NCBI GenBank assembly: GCA_964057225.1
Contig: OZ059895.1
Coordinates: 11,098,001-11,162,000 of the forward strand
Direction of reading: 5' to 3'
DNA from: Auanema rhodensis
Lineage: Eukaryota; Animalia; Nematoda
Length of the DNA: 64,000 nt
Shown: positions 56,771-64,000 of the stretch, piece by piece
How the letters are laid out: every line of letters starts with the position of its first letter
Numbering within the stretch: the stretch's first letter is position 1
The notes under the pieces: model-generated
Databases searched by the model: none
What the model saw: only the letters and a program-made list of their open reading frames with translations
What the model was told of the DNA's origin: nothing
Made by a program: the position numbers and the translations under genes

Positions 56771-59700
56771 CCGGTTGAGCTATCTAAGTAAATCTACTTG
56801 AAAAGTGAAAACATTTGTTACGGAAGAGATAAAATTGAAAATCAGCTGCATGTCGTACTTTCAACGTGGTATAGTTGAAAGCGAAAATATCTGATTTTCA
56901 ATGATTTACATACTTATCCTCGTTATAGTATTTTTCCAATTTCATGTTAGTTATGTAACTTTCCACGTTTCATCTGGTTCCCTCGATGATAGCAATTCTT
57001 ATAAGCTCCAAATACAATGAATTAAAAAAAGTTTCACAGTTGTATAGTGTTTAAACAATGTTTGTTTCGATAGGAAATAGATAGAAACAGTAAAGTTGAG
57101 ATAAAGGTTCATTAATTACTGGTTTATAACTGTAATATAGGAAGAAGATTGAAGATAATTTTCTGCCTTGGGTTGAGCTACCTAAGTAAATCTACTTGAA
57201 AAGTGAAAACATTTGTTACGGAAGAGATAAAATTGAAAATCAGCTGCATGGCGTACTTTGAACGTGGTATAGTTGTAAGCGAAAATATCTGGTATTCAAT
57301 GATTTACATACTTATCCTCGTTATAGTTTTTTTTCCAATTTCCTGTTAGTTATGTAATTTTCCACGTTGCATCTGGTTCCCTCGATGATATCAAATCTTA
57401 TGTGCTCCAAATACAATAAATTGAAAAAGGTTTCACAGTTGTATAGTGTTTAAACAATGTTTGTTTTGATAGGAAATAGATAGAAACAGTAAAGTTAAAA
57501 TGGAGGTTCATTAACTACTGGTTTATAACTGTAATATAGGAAGAAGATTGAAGATAATTTTCTGCCTTGGGTTGAGCTTCCTAAGTAAATCTACTTGAAA
57601 AGTGAAAACATTTGTTACGGAAGAGATAAAATTGAAAATCAGCTGCATGTCGTACTTTCAACGTGGTATAGTTGAAAGCGAAAATATCTGATTTTCAATG
57701 ATTTAAATACTTATCCTCGTTATAGTATTTTTCCAATTTCATGTTAGTTATGTAACTTTCCACGTTTCATCTGGTTCCCTCGATGATATCAAAGCTTATG
57801 TGCTCCAAATACAATAAATCAAAAAAGGGTTTCACAGTTGTATAGTGTTTAAACAATGTTTGTTTCGATAGGAAATAGATAGAAACAGTAAAGTTGAGAG
57901 AAAGGTTCATTAACTACTGGTTTATGACTGTAATATAGAAAAAAGATTGAAGATAATTTGCTGCCTTGGTTTGAGCTATCTAAGTGAAACGACTTGAAAA
58001 GTGAAAACATTTATTACGGAAGAGATAAAATTGAAAATCAGCTGCATGGCGTACTTTGAACGTGGTATAGTTGTAAGCGAAAATATCTGGTATTCAATGA
58101 TTTACATACTTATCCTTGTTATAGTATTTTTCCAATTTTATGTTAGTTATGTAATTTTCCACGTTGCATCTGGTTCCCTCGATGATATCAAATCTTATGT
58201 GCTCCAAATACAATAAATTAAAAAAGGTTTCACAGTTGTATAGTGTTTTAACAATGTTTGTTTCGATAGGAAATAGATAGAAACAGTAAAGTTGAGATAA
58301 AGGTTCATTAATTACTGGTTTATAACTGTAATGAAAAAATAAGATTAAAGATAATTTGCTGCCTTGGGTCGAGCTATCTAAGTAAAACTACTTAAAAAGT
58401 GAAAACATTTGTTACGGAAGAGATAAAATTGAAAATCAGCTGCATGGCGTACTTTGAACGTGGTATAGTTGTAAGCGAAAATATCTGATATTCAATGATT
58501 TACATACTTATCCTCGTTATAGTATTTTTCCAATTTTATGTTAGTTATGTAATTTTCCACGTTGCATCTGGTTCCCTCGATGATATCAAATCTTATGTGC
58601 TCCAAATACAATAAATTGAAAAAGGTTTCACAGTTGTATAGTGTTTAAACAATGTTGGTTTTGATAGGAAACAGATAGACACAGTAAAGTTAAGATGAAG
58701 GTTCATTAACTACTGGTTTATGACTGTAATATAGGAATAAGATTGAAGATAATTTGCTGCCTCCGGTTGAGCTATCTAAGTAAATCTACTTGAAAAGTGA
58801 AAACATTTGTTACGGAAGAGATAAAATTGAAAATCAGCTGCATGTCGTACTTTCAACGTGGTATAGTTGAAAGCGAAAATATCTGATTTTCAATGATTTA
58901 CATACTTATCCTCGTTATAGTATTTTTCCAATTTCATGTTAGTTATGTAACTTTCCACGTTTCATCTGGTTCCCTCGATGATAGCAATTCTTATAAGCTC
59001 CAAATACAATGAATTAAAAAAAGTTTCACAGTTGTATAGTGTTTAAACAATGTTTGTTTCGATAGGAAATAGATAGAAACAGTAAAGTTGAGATAAAGGT
59101 TCATTAATTACTGGTTTATAACTGTAATATAGGAAGAAGATTGAAGATAATTTTCTGCCTTGGGTTGAGCTACCTAAGTAAATCTACTTGAAAAGTGAAA
59201 ACATTTGTTACGGAAGAGATAAAATTGAAAATCAGCTGCATGGCGTACTTTGAACGTGGTATAGTTGTAAGCGAAAATATCTGGTATTCAATGATTTACA
59301 TACTTATCCTCGTTATAGTTTTTTTTCCAATTTCCTGTTAGTTATGTAATTTTCCACGTTGCATCTGGTTCCCTCGATGATATCAAATCTTATGTGCTCC
59401 AAATACAATAAATTGAAAAAGGTTTCACAGTTGTATAGTGTTTAAACAATGTTTGTTTTGATAGGAAATAGATAGAAACAGTAAAGTTAAAATGGAGGTT
59501 CATTAACTACTGGTTTATAACTGTAATATAGGAAGAAGATTGAAGATAATTTTCTGCCTTGGGTTGAGCTTCCTAAGTAAATCTACTTGAAAAGTGAAAA
59601 CATTTGTTACGGAAGAGATAAAATTGAAAATCAGCTGCATGTCGTACTTTCAACGTGGTATAGTTGAAAGCGAAAATATCTGATTTTCAATGATTTAAAT

Positions 59701-62700
59701 ACTTATCCTCGTTATAGTATTTTTCCAATTTCATGTTAGTTATGTAACTTTCCACGTTTCATCTGGTTCCCTCGATGATATCAAAGCTTATGTGCTCCAA
59801 ATACAATAAATCAAAAAAGGGTTTCACAGTTGTATAGTGTTTAAACAATGTTTGTTTCGATAGGAAATAGATAGAAACAGTAAAGTTGAGAGAAAGGTTC
59901 ATTAACTACTGGTTTATGACTGTAATATAGAAAAAAGATTGAAGATAATTTGCTGCCTTGGTTTGAGCTATCTAAGTGAAACGACTTGAAAAGTGAAAAC
60001 ATTTATTACGGAAGAGATAAAATTGAAAATCAGCTGCATGGCGTACTTTGAACGTGGTATAGTTGTAAGCGAAAATATCTGGTATTCAATGATTTACATA
60101 CTTATCCTTGTTATAGTATTTTTCCAATTTTATGTTAGTTATGTAATTTTCCACGTTGCATCTGGTTCCCTCGATGATATCAAATCTTATGTGCTCCAAA
60201 TACAATAAATTAAAAAAGGTTTCACAGTTGTATAGTGTTTTAACAATGTTTGTTTCGATAGGAAATAGATAGAAACAGTAAAGTTGAGATAAAGGTTCAT
60301 TAATTACTGGTTTATAACTGTAATGAAAAAATAAGATTAAAGATAATTTGCTGCCTTGGGTCGAGCTATCTAAGTAAAACTACTTAAAAAGTGAAAACAT
60401 TTGTTACGGAAGAGATAAAATTGAAAATCAGCTGCATGGCGTACTTTGAACGTGGTATAGTTGTAAGCGAAAATATCTGATATTCAATGATTTACATACT
60501 TATCCTCGTTATAGTATTTTTCCAATTTTATGTTAGTTATGTAATTTTCCACGTTGCATCTGGTTCCCTCGATGATATCAAATCTTATGTGCTCCAAATA
60601 CAATAAATTGAAAAAGGTTTCACAGTTGTATAGTGTTTAAACAATGTTGGTTTTGATAGGAAACAGATAGACACAGTAAAGTTAAGATGAAGGTTCATTA
60701 ACTACTGGTTTATGACTGTAATATAGGAATAAGATTGAAGATAATTTGCTGCCTCCGGTTGAGCTATCTAAGTAAATCTACTTGAAAAGTGAAAACATTT
60801 GTTACGGAAGAGATAAAATTGAAAATCAGCTGCATGTCGTACTTTCAACGTGGTATAGTTGAAAGCGAAAATATCTGATTTTCAATGATTTACATACTTA
60901 TCCTCGTTATAGTATTTTTCCAATTTCATGTTAGTTATGTAACTTTCCACGTTTCATCTGGTTCCCTCGATGATAGCAATTCTTATAAGCTCCAAATACA
61001 ATGAATTAAAAAAAGTTTCACAGTTGTATAGTGTTTAAACAATGTTTGTTTCGATAGGAAATAGATAGAAACAGTAAAGTTAAAATGGAGGTTCATTAAC
61101 TACTGGTTTATAACTGTAATATAGGAATAAGATTGAAGATAATTTTCTGCCGGGGGTTGCGCTATCTAAGTAAAACTACTTAAAAAGTGAAAACATTTGT
61201 TACGGAAGAGATAAAACTGAAAATCAGCTGCATGGCGTACTTTGAACGTGGTATAGTTGTAAGCGAAAATATCTGATATTCAATGATTTACATACTTATC
61301 CTCGTTATAGTATTTTTCCAATTTTATGTTAGTTATGTAACTTTCCACGTTTCATCTGGTTCCCTCGATGATAGCAATTCTTATAAGCTCCAAATACAAT
61401 GAATTAAAAAAAGTTTCACAGTTGTATAGTGTTTAAACAATGTTTGTTTCGATAGGAAATAGATAGAAACAGTAAAGTTGAGATAAAGGTTCATTAATTA
61501 CTGGTTTATAACTGTAATATAGGAAGAAGATTGAAGATAATTTTCTGCCTTGGGTTGAGCTACCTAAGTAAATCTACTTGAAAAGTGAAAACATTTGTTA
61601 CGGAAGAGATAAAATTGAAAATCAGCTGCATGGCGTACTTTGAACGTGGTATAGTTGTAAGCGAAAATATCTGGTATTCAATGATTTACATACTTATCCT
61701 CGTTATAGTTTTTTTTCCAATTTCCTGTTAGTTATGTAATTTTCCACGTTGCATCTGGTTCCCTCGATGATATCAAATCTTATGTGCTCCAAATACAATA
61801 AATTGAAAAAGGTTTCACAGTTGTATAGTGTTTAAACAATGTTTGTTTTGATAGGAAATAGATAGAAACAGTAAAGTTAAAATGGAGGTTCATTAACTAC
61901 TGGTTTATAACTGTAATATAGGAAGAAGATTGAAGATAATTTTCTGCCTTGGGTTGAGCTTCCTAAGTAAATCTACTTGAAAAGTGAAAACATTTGTTAC
62001 GGAAGAGATAAAATTGAAAATCAGCTGCATGTCGTACTTTCAACGTGGTATAGTTGAAAGCGAAAATATCTGATTTTCAATGATTTAAATACTTATCCTC
62101 GTTATAGTATTTTTCCAATTTCATGTTAGTTATGTAACTTTCCACGTTTCATCTGGTTCCCTCGATGATATCAAAGCTTATGTGCTCCAAATACAATAAA
62201 TCAAAAAAGGGTTTCACAGTTGTATAGTGTTTAAACAATGTTTGTTTCGATAGGAAATAGATAGAAACAGTAAAGTTGAGAGAAAGGTTCATTAACTACT
62301 GGTTTATGACTGTAATATAGAAAAAAGATTGAAGATAATTTGCTGCCTTGGTTTGAGCTATCTAAGTGAAACGACTTGAAAAGTGAAAACATTTATTACG
62401 GAAGAGATAAAATTGAAAATCAGCTGCATGGCGTACTTTGAACGTGGTATAGTTGTAAGCGAAAATATCTGGTATTCAATGATTTACATACTTATCCTTG
62501 TTATAGTATTTTTCCAATTTTATGTTAGTTATGTAATTTTCCACGTTGCATCTGGTTCCCTCGATGATATCAAATCTTATGTGCTCCAAATACAATAAAT
62601 TAAAAAAGGTTTCACAGTTGTATAGTGTTTTAACAATGTTTGTTTCGATAGGAAATAGATAGAAACAGTAAAGTTGAGATAAAGGTTCATTAATTACTGG

Positions 62701-63865
62701 TTTATAACTGTAATGAAAAAATAAGATTAAAGATAATTTGCTGCCTTGGGTCGAGCTATCTAAGTAAAACTACTTAAAAAGTGAAAACATTTGTTACGGA
62801 AGAGATAAAATTGAAAATCAGCTGCATGGCGTACTTTGAACGTGGTATAGTTGTAAGCGAAAATATCTGATATTCAATGATTTACATACTTATCCTCGTT
62901 ATAGTATTTTTCCAATTTTATGTTAGTTATGTAATTTTCCACGTTGCATCTGGTTCCCTCGATGATATCAAATCTTATGTGCTCCAAATACAATAAATTG
63001 AAAAAGGTTTCACAGTTGTATAGTGTTTAAACAATGTTGGTTTTGATAGGAAACAGATAGACACAGTAAAGTTAAGATGAAGGTTCATTAACTACTGGTT
63101 TATGACTGTAATATAGGAATAAGATTGAAGATAATTTGCTGCCTCCGGTTGAGCTATCTAAGTAAATCTACTTGAAAAGTGAAAACATTTGTTACGGAAG
63201 AGATAAAATTGAAAATCAGCTGCATGTCGTACTTTCAACGTGGTATAGTTGAAAGCGAAAATATCTGATTTTCAATGATTTACATACTTATCCTCGTTAT
63301 AGTATTTTTCCAATTTCATGTTAGTTATGTAACTTTCCACGTTTCATCTGGTTCCCTCGATGATAGCAATTCTTATAAGCTCCAAATACAATGAATTAAA
63401 AAAAGTTTCACAGTTGTATAGTGTTTAAACAATGTTTGTTTCGATAGGAAATAGATAGAAACAGTAAAGTTAAAATGGAGGTTCATTAACTACTGGTTTA
63501 TAACTGTAATATAGGAATAAGATTGAAGATAATTTTCTGCCGGGGGTTGCGCTATCTAAGTAAAACTACTTAAAAAGTGAAAACATTTGTTACGGAAGAG
63601 ATAAAACTGAAAATCAGCTGCATGGCGTACTTTGAACGTGGTATAGTTGTAAGCGAAAATATCTGATATTCAATGATTTACATACTTATCCTCGTTATAG
63701 TATTTTTCCAATTTTATGTTAGTTATGTAACTTTCCACGTTTCATCTGGTTCCCTCGATGATAGCAATTCTTATAAGCTCCAAATACAATGAATTAAAAA
63801 AAGTTTCACAGTTGTATAGTGTTTAAACAATGTTTGTTTCGATAGGAAATAGATAGAAACAGTAA
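55080..63865 (+). repeat. 5-monomer HOR (1992 bp) x3, then a 6-monomer derivative (2390 bp)
   Basis: ORF variant at 56009, 58001, 59993 and 62383. SNP GAGCTTCC at 57579, 59571 and 61961 shows the same offsets. Confidence 0.92.
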
Positions 63866-64000
63866 AGTTAAAATGGAGGTTCATTAACTACTGGTTTATA
63901 ACTGTAATATAGGAATAAGATTGAAGATAATTTTCTGCCGGGGGTTGCGCTATCTAAGTAAAACTACTTAAAAAGTGAAAACATTTGTTACGGAAGAGAT

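Larger units (their letters stand above)
1..64000 (+). repeat. Tandem satellite DNA array, ~398-bp AT-rich monomer, ~161 head-to-tail copies in one orientation
   Basis: The motif CATTTGTTAC..GAGATAAAATTGAAAATCAGCTGCAT recurs at 1, 399, 797, 1196 ... 63982. The span corrected for two deletions (85 and 73 bp net) gives ~161 units. GC is 126/398 in monomer 1. I saw no non-satellite insertion or inversion, and the array runs off both window ends. Confidence 0.99.

Noticed and set aside
883-62598. All 62-96 aa ORFs in the track (MNLHLNF..., MLPWVEL..., MKTFVTE..., MKSENIC...)
   Set aside because: They are readings of the same satellite monomer. They open and close with homopolymer-length changes and stop-codon SNPs, many start at TTG/GTG, most monomers have them disrupted, and no domain is recognisable. 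They are useful only as variant markers.
1-64000. CRISPR array or repeat-spacer system
   Set aside because: The entire 398-bp unit is repeated. There are no unique spacers and no cas genes.
1-64000. Tandem 5S rDNA, tRNA, snRNA or spliced-leader gene array
   Set aside because: The unit length is compatible, but I recognise no 5S, tRNA or snRNA sequence or Pol III A/B/C boxes, and substitutions are scattered through the unit. An Infernal/Rfam scan would settle it.
1-64000. Antigenic-variation cassettes or a diversity-generating system suggested by mosaic monomers
   Set aside because: There is no conserved reading frame, expression site, recombinase or reverse transcriptase. Ordinary unequal exchange and conversion in satellite DNA explains the mosaicism.
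1-64000. Transposon or MITE insertion, strand inversion, or telomeric repeats
   Set aside because: No non-monomer sequence beyond a 5-bp filler was seen, and no terminal repeats, target-site duplications or reverse-oriented monomers.

Overview
The whole 64-kb window is one uninterrupted, head-to-tail, single-orientation tandem array of an AT-rich satellite. The monomer is ~398 bp (397-400; ~32% GC counted by hand in monomer 1) and there are about 161 units. It looks like eukaryotic (peri)centromeric or heterochromatic satellite DNA. I cannot assign it to a named family or an organism. No genuine genes, RNA genes, transposons or CRISPR arrays are supported: every ORF in the track is a translation of the same monomer. 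The informative structure lies in how the monomer variants are arranged. (i) Higher-order repeat (HOR) blocks change period along the array (7, 12/13, 11, 5 with a nested 2, ~13, 20, 17, 5, 6 monomers), consistent with successive, layered local duplications rather than one fixed HOR. (ii) Chimeric monomers mark recombination breakpoints. (iii) Two unique deletion scars (85 bp; 78 bp plus a 5-bp apparently templated insertion) both remove the most conserved core of the monomer. (iv) Monomer variants are clustered by region. I found no evidence for a novel protein-coding system. The most novel aspects are the possibly undescribed satellite itself and its readable recent history.
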